Positions 10,495 to 22,110 of a stretch of DNA of 64,000 bases are shown here, in pieces. Position 1 is the first letter of the stretch; the number at the start of each line of letters is the position of its first letter. The stretch lies in the NCBI GenBank assembly GCA_951406725.2, contig OX597827.1, positions 81,778,001-81,842,000 of the forward strand, given 5' to 3'. The DNA comes from Octopus vulgaris (Eukaryota). The notes below the pieces were generated by a model. The model was not told the DNA's origin. It made no database searches and saw nothing but the letters and a program-made list of their open reading frames with translations. A program made the position numbers and the translations under genes.

Positions 10495-13364
10495 TCTTAT
10501 AGAAAGAATATAATATGACATATTAAAGAATATAATATGGACATATTACTTGAAGCCTCTGACGAAGTAGAAGGGGATAGAGCATCACAGGGGGTAGAAG
10601 ACAGCTGGACGTTTCTAAGGGACAACCTGCTGAGAGCCACTGACCAGATCTGTGGCTGGTGCAAAGTCCCCTCTCGACCTAGAATAACGTGGTGGTGGAA
10701 CAATATTGTAGACAGGGCTATTAGAGAAAAGAGACAGGCTTGGAAGGTCTGGAAAAATGGGGGTAGCAGGGAATTGTATCAGACTGCCAAAAGAGAAGCT
10801 AGGAGACAGGTTTATTTAGCCAGAGGGGAAGCAGATAAGAAAAAATTTGCCAATGTTCTGCGCCGTGAGGACCAAAGACTGGAGGTGTTTCGTGTTGCAA
10901 GACAGTGTGTGAGAGAGAATCGTGATGTGGTAGGAGAGAAGTGTGTTCGCATGGAAGATGGTTCACTTGCGCTAAATGAGGATGCAAAGAGAGAGGTTTG
11001 GAGATGCCACTATGAAAGGTTGCTGAATGAAGAAAATGAATGGGATAAAGAGAGTCTGCCGAATGTTGACCCAACAGAGGGACCAGCTATCCGAGTTGAT
11101 AGTTCTGTGGTAGCTAAGGCAATTAGAAGCATGAAGACAGGGAAAGCCCCAGGCCCATCAGGAATCACTGCAGAGATGCTCAAAATGTCTGGTAGTGTCG
11201 GCTATAGCCTAGTCACCCATATAGTTAATCAGGTGATACACAAAGGGGTCATACCCAATGACTGGTGTAGCAGTATAATAGTCAACTGCTACAAAGGTAA
11301 AGGTGATGCCCTAGATACAAACAACTACAGAGGTATCAAGCTGTTGGACCAGGTGATGAAGGTTACGGAGAGGGTCATAGCCCAACTAATTAGAGAGAGA
11401 GTTAGTTTAGATGAGATGCAGTTTGGGTTTGTGCCAGGGAAAAGTACTACTGATGCTATATTCCTGGTAAGGCAGCTGCAGGAGAAATACCTAGCCAAAG
11501 ATAAGCCCCTGTACCTGGCTTTTGTTGACATGGAGAAAGCCTTCGACAGGGTCCCCCGATCCCTTATCTGGTGGGCAATGAGAAAACTAGGGATAGATGA
11601 ATGGTTAGTGAGAGCTGTGCGGGCCATGTATAGGGACGCCGCTAGTAGGGTGAGGGTTGGAAATGAGTACAGTGAAGAATTCCGGGTAGAGGTAGGGGTC
11701 CACCAAGGCTCAGTACTCAGCCCCCTCCTATTTATCATAGTCCTCCAGGCAATAACGGAGGAATTCAAGACAGGATGCCCTTGGGAGCTCCTCTATGCTG
11801 ATGACCTTGCTCTAATTGCTGAGTCGCTATCAGAACTGGAGGAGAAGTTTCAGGTGTGGAAACAAGGATTAGAATCGAAGGGCCTCAGAGTCAATCTAGC
11901 TAAAACCAAAGTCGTAATCAGTAGGAAGGTAGACAAATCACAAACACCTTCAGGTAGATGGCCCTGCTCGATCTGTAGAAAAGGTGTAGGTAGAAACTCT
12001 ATAAGATGCACCAAGTGTAAGCTATGGACACATAAGAGATGCAGCAATGTCAAAGGAAGGCTAACTAGGAAGATGGTTTTTGTATGTGGCAGATGCTCAG
12101 GAACAATAAACACTGAAAATGCTCTGAGACCAACTTCTGTCACTTTCCAGGGAGAAAAACTAGAAATAGTTGATAGTTTCCGTTACCTAGGTGACCAAGT
12201 CAGCAGCGGGGGCGGGTGTGCTGAAAGTGTAACTGCTAGAGTAAGAATAGCTTGGGCAAAGTTCAGAGAGCTCTTACCTCTGCTGGTGACAAAAGGCCTC
12301 TCGCACAGAGTGAAAGGCAGACTGTATGATGCGTGTGTACGAACAGCCATGCTACATGGCAGTGAAACATGGGCCGTGACTGCTGAGGATATGCGTAAGC
12401 TCGCTAGAAATGAAGCCAGTATGCTCCGATGGATGTGTAATGCCAGTACTCACACTCGGCAGAGTGTAAGTACCTTGAGAGAAAAGCTGGACCTAAGAAG
12501 CATCAGTTGTGGTGTGCAAGAGAGACGTTTGCGCTGGTATGGTCATGTGGCGAGAATGGATGAAGATAGTTGTGTGAAAAAGTGCCACACCCTAGCGGTT
12601 GAGGGAACCTGTGGAAGAGGCAGACCCAGGAAAACCTGGGACGAGGTGGTGAAGCACGACCTTCGAACTTTAGGTCTCACCGAGGAAATGACTAGAGACC
12701 GAGACCTCTGGAAGTGTGCTGTGCGCGAGAAGACCCGGCAGGACAAGTGAGTCCACAACCCGTGGCCTTCTACATGGGATGGAGCCAGCCTACGTATGCA
12801 TACCTTCCCTTCTTGGGACACAAAACTCTACTTGTGAAGACGTGTTGAGGCAAGTGAGGATCAGAATCGAAATCGATCAATGGAAATTGCGGATGTGCTA
12901 CCAGTGCCGGTGGCATGTCGAAACTCTGCTTGTGAAGACCCATTGAGGCAAGTGAGGATCAGAATCGAAATCGATCAATGGAAATCGATCAATGGAAATT
13001 GCAGATGTGTTACCAGTGCCGGTGGCATGTAAGAGAACCTTCCGTTTCGCGACCGTTGCCAGCACCGCCCCGTTTCGTGTTCGTTGCCAGCCTCGCCTGG
13101 CCCTCGTGCCGGTGGCACATAAAAAAACACCATACGTTCGTGGCCGTTTGCCAGCTCTGGCTGGCACCAGTGCGGGTGGCACGTAAAAAGCACCCACTAC
13201 ACTCACGGAGTGGTTGGCGTTAGGAAGGGCATCCAGCCGTAGAAACACTGCCAGATTTGACTGGGCCTGATGAAGCCTTCTGGCTTCACGGACCCCAGCA
13301 GAACCGTCCAACCCATGCTAGCATGGAAAACGGACGCTAAATGATGATGATGATGATGATGATT
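10495..13364 (+). mobile_element. Young 5'-truncated RTE-clade LINE
   Basis: Uninterrupted RT ORF, ~590-bp 3'UTR, (GAT)n tail, candidate TSD TGATGATT at 10487-10494 and 13357-13364. No AP endonuclease domain. Confidence 0.95.
10537..12750 (+). CDS. RTE LINE reverse transcriptase ORF (737 aa, endonuclease truncated) with an internal PHD finger
   Basis: KAPGPSGI, NYRGIKLL, QFGF, FVDMEKAFDRV, GVHQGSVLSPLLF, YADD (11794-11805), FRYLG, RRLRWYGHV, RGRPRKTW. C4HC3 motif at 11965-12096. The ATG lies at the truncation junction and may be fortuitous. Confidence 0.93.
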   Translation: MDILLEASDEVEGDRASQGVEDSWTFLRDNLLRATDQICGWCKVPSRPRITWWWNNIVDRAIREKRQAWKVWKNGGSRELYQTAKREARRQVYLARGEADKKKFANVLRREDQRLEVFRVARQCVRENRDVVGEKCVRMEDGSLALNEDAKREVWRCHYERLLNEENEWDKESLPNVDPTEGPAIRVDSSVVAKAIRSMKTGKAPGPSGITAEMLKMSGSVGYSLVTHIVNQVIHKGVIPNDWCSSIIVNCYKGKGDALDTNNYRGIKLLDQVMKVTERVIAQLIRERVSLDEMQFGFVPGKSTTDAIFLVRQLQEKYLAKDKPLYLAFVDMEKAFDRVPRSLIWWAMRKLGIDEWLVRAVRAMYRDAASRVRVGNEYSEEFRVEVGVHQGSVLSPLLFIIVLQAITEEFKTGCPWELLYADDLALIAESLSELEEKFQVWKQGLESKGLRVNLAKTKVVISRKVDKSQTPSGRWPCSICRKGVGRNSIRCTKCKLWTHKRCSNVKGRLTRKMVFVCGRCSGTINTENALRPTSVTFQGEKLEIVDSFRYLGDQVSSGGGCAESVTARVRIAWAKFRELLPLLVTKGLSHRVKGRLYDACVRTAMLHGSETWAVTAEDMRKLARNEASMLRWMCNASTHTRQSVSTLREKLDLRSISCGVQERRLRWYGHVARMDEDSCVKKCHTLAVEGTCGRGRPRKTWDEVVKHDLRTLGLTEEMTRDRDLWKCAVREKTRQDK

Positions 13365-14299
13365 CAAATGCTGTTTGGATTGAGTTTAAGCCTCTGTTTT
13401 CATTTCAAGTAAATTTAGTCTCCAAGGCTGTTGATATAGAAATTCCTACACAGATTAACAATTTCCAGGGTTTAACATCAATGGCCTTGATCTCATGTAG
13501 CATCATCAATCAAGTAACCCAAATATTTTGTATGAGCACTTGCATGACACCTTCATTGGAGGCTTCTATCAATATACTGCATGCAGAAAGTTTCAAGGGG
13601 CACATGTTCTTTATCCTGGTGCTATATTCTCTGATTGCACACTCCCTGTCACAATTTCCATCTCAGGAGATATTTTCACCTGTTCCTATGTCTGTGTCTA
13701 TTCCTCATCAGATATCAAGTGCTACTGATTGTAATGTTACTCAGTGGTCTTGCAATTTGTCCTTGTTTTACAACCAGTTAAGGACATATTTTTCAGGCCA
13801 ACTCCATCCCTGTATCATTTGAGAATGTCCTAATAAGGCCAATGCCATTCCTGTATCATTTGAGAATGTCCTAATTAGGTCATCACTTACCTTCTTACCA
13901 TCCATATTCTTGGAATGTATTTTCATACCATCCACAAAAATGCAATATTTGGTTGATATTTCTGTTTTGTTGTGGACCAATCACATATTCTTCAGATTTC
14001 TTTAACAAAACGGACAGTAGGCTTAGTAAAAGTATTACGGCAAGCTGCTGTTATTGTGGTTTTTGGCTGCAGGGTTATCAATGTCACGGTTTGGGTATTG
14101 GTGTCTGTTGTATGATTGTAAAAGTTGATGTCATTGCTGTATTAATTGTGATGTGAGATGAGATTATCTGTATGTATTAAAACAAAAGCAAACCTCTGAA
14201 CATTTAACAACTGATTTTATTAAGGGAAGGCTAAGCAAGAATACATACATCAATTATCAAATCCCCACTGGTAACAAGGATGCAAGGATTTACTGAACT

Positions 14300-14465
14300 G
14301 TATTTGCCCAGCCATTAATTATCTGAAAAGTGGCGACCACCTTTCCCTGTGGGATGAAGTTAAAATAATAGACAAAGAAAACCACTAGAAAATATGAAAA
14401 CTAAAAGAAGCAGCATTTATGTTAGGACACAACAACCTCTTAAGCAAAGTGAGTGCAGATATAAA
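14300..14465 (+). mobile_element. Penelope-like element, C-terminal GIY-YIG-region remnant
   Basis: Translates as DHLSLWDEVKIIDKENH*KI*KLKEAAFMLGHNNLLS, typical of PLE C-termini. Confidence 0.6.
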
Positions 14466-14469
14466 TGTG

Positions 14470-15125
14470 TTCTCTTCTGTCTTTGGTTTTGTAATTCTTG
14501 CTCTGAGGAAGGAGCTGCTTTCCAACAAAGATGCAAAGCTCCATCATTGGAATGTAGATAACATAAAGAAAGTCACTTCTAAAACTTTAGAAAAGTCTTG
14601 CATATTTTTACTGTTCCACTTACAGACTGTATTTGTAGCCTGCAAATCAGTTGGTTGATTGGTTTTTCTGAAAACCCTAGCTTATCCAAATCGTCACTTA
14701 GGCATTTACCCACAAAACCCAGTGCACCAATTCTTATTGGTCTGACTGTGAACTTATAATCTGGATGCAGAAGCTGGAGGTTTCAAAGCAGTTGTCCCTA
14801 ATTATCCTCTTCCTCTTTGAGTTTTGAAGAAATATTCACATCAGCAGGACAGCTGACCTCTATGATGGATGGTACATACTTTTCTTGTCTGTTCCAAACA
14901 GCAATATTCAGCCTGTTATGCTTACATCTGCCAAAAGTTTTGATGGGAATGTCCCATCAGTACTCTATGTATTGATGTTTGGGTATTTATTCAATAACAG
15001 GAAGATTTTATATTTATTCTGGAACAGTCTTTTTTGTAAGTGTTGTTGTAAATTGTCTTAGCAACCATGTCATGTTGCATAAGGAGGTGGTACCTTGAAG
15101 TCATTTTTGGGCATGAGCTCTCTCA
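14470..15125 (-). mobile_element. Second R4/Dong-like RLE element, 3' fragment
   Basis: SSCPKMTSRYHLLMQHDMVAK..WDIPIKT..KHNRLNIAVW..IIEVSCPADVNI..IGALG..GTVKICKTFLKF then a stop at 14579. Confidence 0.85.
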
Positions 15126-15487
15126 CAGACATATGACATAATCCACATTTTCTGTTAATATGTATGTATGTATTTTTGAGATTAATTTTAAGTATTTTTC
15201 TTTGCGGAATTTGAGCTGTTCATTAATGAAGTGACAAGGCTCTTTCATTTAAGTCAAGACAGCCTTGGAAATTTGTGGTTACCTTCATCGGTTGATGTAT
15301 GCATGTATGTGTGTCTCTGTATGTGAGTACATGTAGGTAAATGTGCACTTGTGTGTGTGTGTGACAGTTCACAAGTGTGCGTGCTTCGCAACTGTATGTG
15401 TGTGTGTGTGTGTGTGTGCATGCTTGTGTATTCCATATGAAAATGTGATTGTGTAAATGTGATTCCCTAAGAATCTTCAAATGGAGA

Positions 15488-15925
15488 TTCCCTGAAATGT
15501 CCCACAGATTTTCAATTTATCTCTAATCCCTTGTATTTGGAGAATGCAAATCGATCTGCTATGATCCTTTTAAGTGAATCCTAGCATTTCTAGATATTTT
15601 ATGCAGATCTGCTGTAAACCTAAGATTATGGGAACAAATCCAAATCTATAACCTGGATATTACAACCATAGGTTTCTCATTAGCTTGCCAGAGATGTTCT
15701 CTTTTTCCTCTCCAGTTTTTGAAGAGATGTTCATATCTTTTGACAAGGGATCTCTATTGCAGAACATGGATTTTGCCCCTTGTCCCATTACAATAATGTC
15801 TGGTCGTTTGTGTTTATATTGTGTTGCAGTTTTTATTGGAAACTACCACCAGTGTTCTTTATTTGAAAAGGTGTGGCGATGGCCTCTACCTTTGATATGG
15901 CTCTCTGCACAATCCTTCTCATATG
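15488..15925 (-). mobile_element. Third R4/Dong-like RLE element, 3' fragment
   Basis: KEHWW*FPIKTATQYKHKRPDIIV..DMNI..EKENI..LMRNL..YPGYRFGFVPIILG..KICGTF. Confidence 0.75.
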
Positions 15926-16245
15926 CTTTAGTTGCTAGGGTATTCAGCTCATGATCATAAGGTCATGAGTTCAATTTCAGGCAGAGCATTGTGGCCTTGA
16001 GCAAGACACTTTATTTCACATTGCCCCACTCCAGTCAGCTGGCAAAAGTGAGTTGTATCTGTAACTCGAAGGGCCAACCTTGTCACATTCTGTGTCACAC
16101 TGAATCTCCTTGACAGCTATGTTAAGGGTGTGCATGTCTGTAGAATACTCAGCCACTTGTACATTAATTACAGAAGCAAGCTGTTTCATTGATCTGATCA
16201 GCTGAAACACTCTTTATCATCATAACCAACAAAGAACCAGTTGTT
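15922..16245 (+). mobile_element. SINE family D
   Basis: tRNA-like head (GAGTTCAATTTC) and the same body as 2017-2323. Confidence 0.82.
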
Positions 16246-16374
16246 GCATTTATAAACAATCTTGTCATGTCTGATGTCATGTCTCCAGGGGATTTCTTGT
16301 AGACAGCCCCAAATGATATGAAAGATATTGCCCACAATGGCAGGGCATGATCAAACCCTTTGCACATACATGCA

Positions 16375-16587
16375 TGTGTGTATCTGTGTTTGTCCTCCAC
16401 CTGTGTTTGATAGCCAGTGTTGGTGTGTTTATGTCCCTGTAACTTAGCAGTTCAGCAAAAGAGACCGATAAAATAAGGACCAGGCTTAAAAAATGTACTG
16501 GGATCGATTCGTTTGATTAAAATTCTTCAAGGAAATGCCCCAGTATGACCGCAGTCTAATGACTGAAGCAAGTAAAAAGCAAAAGAT
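16375..16587 (+). mobile_element. SINE family A, 3' half
   Basis: GTGTTTGTCC..GGTGTGTTTATGTCCCTGTAACTTAGCAGTTCAGCAAAAGAGACCGATA followed by the tail. Confidence 0.8.
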
Positions 16588-16984
16588 ATAGTCATACACG
16601 TTTTGCTTAATAATCTGCAGAAGTTGTAGAGTGACTCAAGGGCTGAGAGTTTGGTAAGCACTAATGCATGAATCTCTTGGCCGTTGAGCCACTCTGTAAC
16701 TCCTGCCAATTATTCATAAAAACACAGTTAGAAGGCAACTGGAAATTCTTATGGTTCAACTTCCTGAGAGTGATGCAGCAAATCTGTGGTTGGTGCAAAG
16801 TTACAATCAGACCAGACCAAGGGTCATAGAGTGATGGAAGAGTGAGGCAGACAAAGTTGTAAAAGTGAAGAGACTGGAAGAATGAGAGGAAAAGAAGCTT
16901 GAGAATAGGTGTACATGGTAAAGGAAGCAGCAGCAGCAGGTGAAAGGTGTTGCTACTGGTTTACAGGATGAAGACCACAGGCAT

Positions 16985-18650
16985 GAGGTATTCTTGTTAG
17001 CAAATCAGTGTTGGAAAGAATTGTGATGTTGTGGCTGAGAAGTGAGTGAATAATGGAACCTTAAGTAATTTTGAAAAGAAAGCGGCATGGAAGTGCTACT
17101 ATGGAAGGTTAAATGTTGAAAATGTCTGGGAAAAAGAAATATTACCTTATCTAAACATGATGGAAGAATCAGCCATTCTAGTTAACAACAGTTTGATGAA
17201 TTAGACAATTAAGGATATGAAGATAGAACAAGTCATTGCTTCATGAGAAATTATCACTAAGATGCTTACATGTGGAGTAGGAGACAGTCTAGTGACTTGT
17301 ATGAGGGGGTGGGGCTGAAAAGGTCTTGGCTTTGGGTAAAATAAAATGCAGGAGGATCCATGAATTATGATTTTACTCAACATATTCCCCTCTCAGATTC
17401 ACACACTTATTGCAGCAGTCCTTCAGTTTTTAGGCTCTGTAAAAGAGCTTCGAAGGCTGGGCCTCCAACCAGACCTTTTGTGATACCCTCAAAGCCAGGA
17501 ACTTTTCAGCAGCCCCTTGTATAGTTGATAAGCTTATACAGGAAGATATCCCAAATGACTGGTATAGCAGCATTATAGTCAACTGTTATGAGCATAAAGG
17601 AAATGCCTTAGAGAGAAATAATTACCGAAAAATCTAATTGCTGGACCAAGTCAGGAAAATTACAGAAAGCGTTATTGCCCAATTAATTAGGAACAGAATT
17701 TGGTTAGATGAGATGCAGTTTGGTTTTATGTTCGAGAGAAGTACTACTAATGTTCTCTTTCTAATGATTTAACTTCAGGAGAAATACTTAGCTAAAAGAA
17801 AGCCATTGCACTTGCCATTCATCAGCTTAGAGGAGGTTTCTTGCTCTGTGATCTGGTAGTCTTGGAAGAAGCAAGAGGTAGATGAATGGCTTGTGAGAGT
17901 TACAGGAATGCTATGAATAAGATGAGAGTTATCAATAAGTATAGCAATAAATTTAGAATACAGGTAGGAGTTCACCAAAACTTGGTTCTCAGTTGCCTCC
18001 TTTTCATCAAAATCCTCCCAGTCACGGCAAAGAAGTTTATCACTGGTTGCCCACGAGAACTCCTTAATACTGACAACCATGCTCTTATTGGTGAATCAGG
18101 AATGAAATTATAGAAATTCCAGTTCTGGAGGCAAAACCTACAATTAAAAACCACAAAGATAACTTAGCAAAGACCAAAGTTTTAGTAAACCAAAAAATAA
18201 ACAAGACTGCATTCTTCAGGTAAATGAATATTGTATGTTACTTGTGTATCAATTGCAATGCAACATGGTAGAGAGACATGGGCCCTGAATACAGAGGACA
18301 TGGAAAGACTTGAAAGCAAAGAAGCTAGCATACCTCGTTGGATGTGCAACATCAGTGTGCATGTACAAAAAGTGCAAGTGTGTTGAGAAAACAAAATGGG
18401 CATAAAAGGAGTGAGATATGGTGTGCAAGAGAGAAGACTGATGGTTTGGTCATGTGGTGCAAATGGCGAAAGACTGCAGCAAAGGTACGTGCTGATCATG
18501 AAATGTGGATGGAACTTCTGGATGAAGGAGGCCCTGGAAAACATGGCCTTGTGAAGCTCAATAACTTGAGCTTCACAGAGGAGATGACAAAGGCCCCAGA
18601 TGATAGGTGATTCAATGTTCTTGAGAAGATATATCTATCACAGCCAAAGT
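16985..18650 (+). pseudogene. Old, heavily mutated RTE LINE copy (RT region)
   Basis: Colinear with ORF 10537-12750: AWKCYY.RL, SLVTCIVDK, IPNDWYSSIIVNCY, LDEMQFGF, QVGVHQ, TGCPREL, HG.ETWA, LSFTEEMT. Many stops and a deletion. Confidence 0.88.
17302..17519. mobile_element. Mariner-type MITE inserted in the old RTE
   Basis: TIRs TGAGGGG..GCTGAAAAG.TC.TGGCTTTG / CAAAGCCAGGAACTTTTCAGC.GCCCCTTG with TA duplication. Removing it restores RTE SLVTCIV. Confidence 0.85.
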
Positions 18651-18661
18651 AAGATCCTTAA

Positions 18662-18881
18662 CCCTTTTGTTACCAACCCAAATGAAACCAGCTCTGGCTC
18701 TGAGTACAAATGTCTTGTTTTCATAAGTTTTGAATTAAAATCTTCCACCAAACCTTAGTCACAATTTATGTTCCTAACACCAGCTTAATGATAAGTAAGT
18801 TATTTTACTGAATTCTTTGTTACATTTAAAGTAATTGAAAGAAACACAGAGCATCTCAAAATAAATACAGTTACGAAAGGG
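18662..18881. mobile_element. piggyBac-like MITE
   Basis: TTAA|CCCTTTTGTTAC ... GTTACGAAAGGG|TTAA. Confidence 0.88.
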
Positions 18882-19324
18882 TTAAAGCATGTTTCTTAAG
18901 TTTGTACATACTGGGCCCTCCCCCTACACTCTTTCTGGCCCATCATGCATCGTCCTAAAAGCCCCCTAACACCCATCCTTCTGTCACTCCTCTACCTACT
19001 ACTTGACTGAAATTCCTTTGGGAGAATCTGCTGAGCTGGCCCAGGAATAAGAAATATTTCAATATAGGTCAGTTGCTGACCACTACATGGCTCAAGTAGA
19101 TGGGCCACATAGTGTAATGGTCATATATCTGGGTCAGAATGGCTGTCAAATATATACACATATCCTAGGGTTACAGTCCAGGTTACTCATTTATTTAGCA
19201 GTGTTGCTGCAGTACGAGAATATTGTCAACATATCCAGAATGACACACACTCATGGCCTACAGCCACATTACAGTATTGTTCACATATTTCCGATGTAAT
19301 AAGCCTCAAGGAATCAACACAGAT

Positions 19325-19570
19325 TCCTTGAGCAAGACTCTTTATTTCTCATTGCCCCCGTCCACTCAGCTGGCAAAAATGAGTTGTACCTGTAATTCAA
19401 TGGGCCAGCCTTGCCATATTCTGTGTCACACTGAATCTCCTTAAAAGCTACATTAAGGGAACACAGTGTCTGAGGGGTACTCAGCCAATTGCATATTAAC
19501 TTCACAAGCAGGCTGTTCTATTGATCAGATCAACTGGAACCCTCGTCATCATAACCAAATGAATGTCAAT
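19325..19570 (+). mobile_element. SINE family D, 5'-truncated
   Basis: CCTTGAGCAAGAC.CTTTATTTC..TCCACTCAGCTGGCAAAAATGAGTTG body. Confidence 0.8.
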
Positions 19571-19892
19571 CACACACACATATCCTGAACGAAATCTAAA
19601 AAGAAGTTATTCTCCTAATGACCAATTCACTATAACTCGTGGTCCTCTCTCTCTCTTTCATCTATCGCCACTAGAAAAGTCTCCATTCCTCTGAACTAGC
19701 AACATGTATACTTCCCCTCCTCCGGGTCCAGCATAATACAATGAATGTCTCCCCTTCCTCTTATCCCAACTCTTCCTCACTCACCAACCCAGCTTCTTGT
19801 TAACAATTACTTTGGTCATACTTTGTATTTGGTGGAAGGCTTCCAGGATCATTGGCCAAAACTTTTCTGCCATTTCATCCTTCTCTACATTC

Positions 19893-20020
19893 GCAGTTCA
19901 AATTCTGCTAAAATTGACTTTGCTTTCATCCTTTCGAGGTTGATGGAATAAGTATCAGTTGAGCACTGGGGTCAATGTAATTAACTTTACCTCAGCCCTG
20001 AAATTGCTGGCCTTGTGGTA
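19893..20020 (+). mobile_element. SINE family B fragment
   Basis: AGTTCAAATTCTGC..GACTTTGCTTTCATCCTTTCGAGGTTGAT. Confidence 0.7.
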
Positions 20021-21099
20021 TGGGTCAATAAGATCCAACAAGCCAGATGACTGCCCTGAGCTCCAATGTCTTAGTTTAGGCCTGGTTTCCATAGTTGGAT
20101 GCCTTTTCTCATGCCAGCTGCCCCACAGAGGGAACTGGGTGACTTTTTTGTGTGTGACAAGTCAGCACAAGTCAGGTCACCAAGTTACTTGCAAAAAGTA
20201 GGTTCCACAGCTGAGTGGGGCTGCAGGATTGCAGGGTGTGCATTTGTGCCAGAAGTTGACAGTTTGAAATTATGATAGAGGGACCGAAATAGTAGCCTTG
20301 TAGCTACACCATGAGAAAAGTGAGAGGATGGTCAGGGTGAAGCATCAAGGTATGGGAACATGGATAAAGACAGAGTAAGGGACAGAGATACGAGGTTGGC
20401 TGAGTGGGTAGGGAGGTTTGTGAAAGGGTGACAGACAGCAGACATGAGGATAGAAGTGAACACAGTGAGTGACGAACATGGTGGAGGCATGGACAATGGG
20501 GAGTATCAGTTTGGAGGAATGTAAAGAAATTAGGAGTGGATGAAGTAGGGGGAGGAGGTAATACATAAAGGGAGGCTGGAGAATGGCAGTATAGAAAAAA
20601 CATAGAGAGACGAGAAATAGGGAGATGAAGTAAAGTGTGCGAGGGGAGAAAGAGAGAAAGGAATAGACAGTATCAGAGATGGAGGTCAGAGGTGTGTAGG
20701 AATAGGTATAGTGAGTGATGAACAATGATTGAAGGGAGATATGAGAGGATGTTCAGTGGAAATGAGTAGTAAGCACAAAATAAAATGGTAAGGGATGATC
20801 CTGAGAATTCAGGATGGGTGACAAAAAGAAGGGGTTCCAAGGAAAGCGATAGCTAGTAGCATAAACACGGGGGAAGAATATGTGCAGTTCTGCTCTCAAA
20901 TAATTACAGCAGGATGAAATAGTGCCGTAGTTAGTAGAGTAATGGAGGGATGAATGGTGAGAAGATGAGTTGTAGGGAAGAAACATGTTAAGGACAGATT
21001 GGTTGCAGGGGCAGAGAAGTTTACAATATACTTTTAGGATCTCATTTTTGACTATTGTCCTGCTAATAAATAGCCCCCGGAGGCATTTGGTGAGTCAAT

Positions 21100-22110
21100 T
21101 ATGGCACAAGATTATCCTTTAGTAGATTCATATAACCTACACTATTTAGCTTTCCATCAACTTTAACTGGAGGGCCAACACCAAAGCAACTAAATGCCGC
21201 CCACACCATCACACCCCTACCACCCGCTTGTGCCGTCTTTTTCAAGCATTTCGGATGGAATTCTTTGGTTGGGCAATGTCTGACGTATGTTTTACCATCT
21301 GATCCAAATATACAGAAGCGTGAATCATCACTCCAAAGGACCCTGCACCAATCTTTAGCCGTCCATTGAGCATGGCTTTTTGCAAAATTAAGGCGTCTGA
21401 GTCAACTTCTTTTGGATATTATTGGCTTTTTCCTAACGACTCGTCCATGTAGTCCAAATTCTCTCAAATGGTTGCGGACGGTTTGTGTTGTAAAAATAAC
21501 ATCATTCTCATTGGACAATTGTTTACAAATGTCAACGGCTGTCAGCATTCAGTTGCCTTCTGAAAGTCAGTGGATTTGATGGTCCAACTGCGCCATCATT
21601 TTTCTTGGGGTGTCAGTCCTTTGCCGATCTTTATATTGACCAGTCTCCAAGTATAACTTACACGGTTGCATGCAAGCCTTTTTCCTGTACTTTAGTTGCT
21701 TGCTGATGTTCGAAAAGTAAACTTTTTGCTGGTGGAGTAATACGATTTTTGTTCTTGTGATTAGACTGAGGCTACGTTGTTTTCCCATTATTAATTAATT
21801 CTATAATAATGTTAAATTATAACACTATGTAGTGCAGTTAGGCTAGTTGTGTGACCACCCATTTTGGCAAAAAAATTTGCATACATATTACATGGTTTTA
21901 AACTAATTTTGCCGATAAATTTGAAACGTTTATATTAATTTAGCATTAGAATTCTTCAAGTTGTATAAAACTATTTATTGTCTGCATCATTCGAAAGAGA
22001 AATAAATTCAGCATAAGGTGTAAAAGGTGTAATTTGTATGGTGTTAGTAACAAAATATTTTGTAAGAAATAGAACTTTTATCATGGGTCTTAAATTTATT
22101 TTTGCCAGTG
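21100..22110 (-). mobile_element. Tc1-like transposon, 3'-truncated pseudogene
   Basis: N-terminal HTH ORF 21567-21788 (MGKQRSLS..TGQYKDRQR), then WTAKDWCRVLWSDDSRFCIFGSDG and GGRGVMVWAAFSCFGVGP.VKVDGKLNS..Y. The 5' end reads TA|CACTGGCAAAAA on the minus strand. Confidence 0.9.

Larger units (their letters stand above)
9487..14110 (-). mobile_element. Decayed R4/Dong-like non-LTR retrotransposon (RT, CCHC knuckle, restriction-like endonuclease), split by the RTE and a SINE
   Basis: Minus-strand remnants in order: IFVDGMKIH..TFSNDTGM (LFxDDLKLY motif, 13768-13980), RGLNSIQTAFE (~13370), CILC..HIIKRC knuckle (~10200-10262), KHDV..WWNVPVK..NRPDIMIWD..ISCPANI (9900-10178). The ORF ends near 9487. 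Confidence 0.8.

Noticed and set aside
11325-12143. Antisense ORFs over the RTE RT, and similar ones over the protocadherin
   Set aside because: They are shadows of the sense-strand ORFs.
12822-13200. Spaced repeats as a CRISPR-like array
   Set aside because: Irregular, imperfect modules in a eukaryotic LINE 3'UTR, with no cas genes.
18200-18260. Old RTE copy lacks the PHD finger, suggesting a PHD-less ancestor
   Set aside because: The gap also removes the conserved YLG and AWAKF segments (~120 codons), so it is a later deletion rather than an ancestral state.
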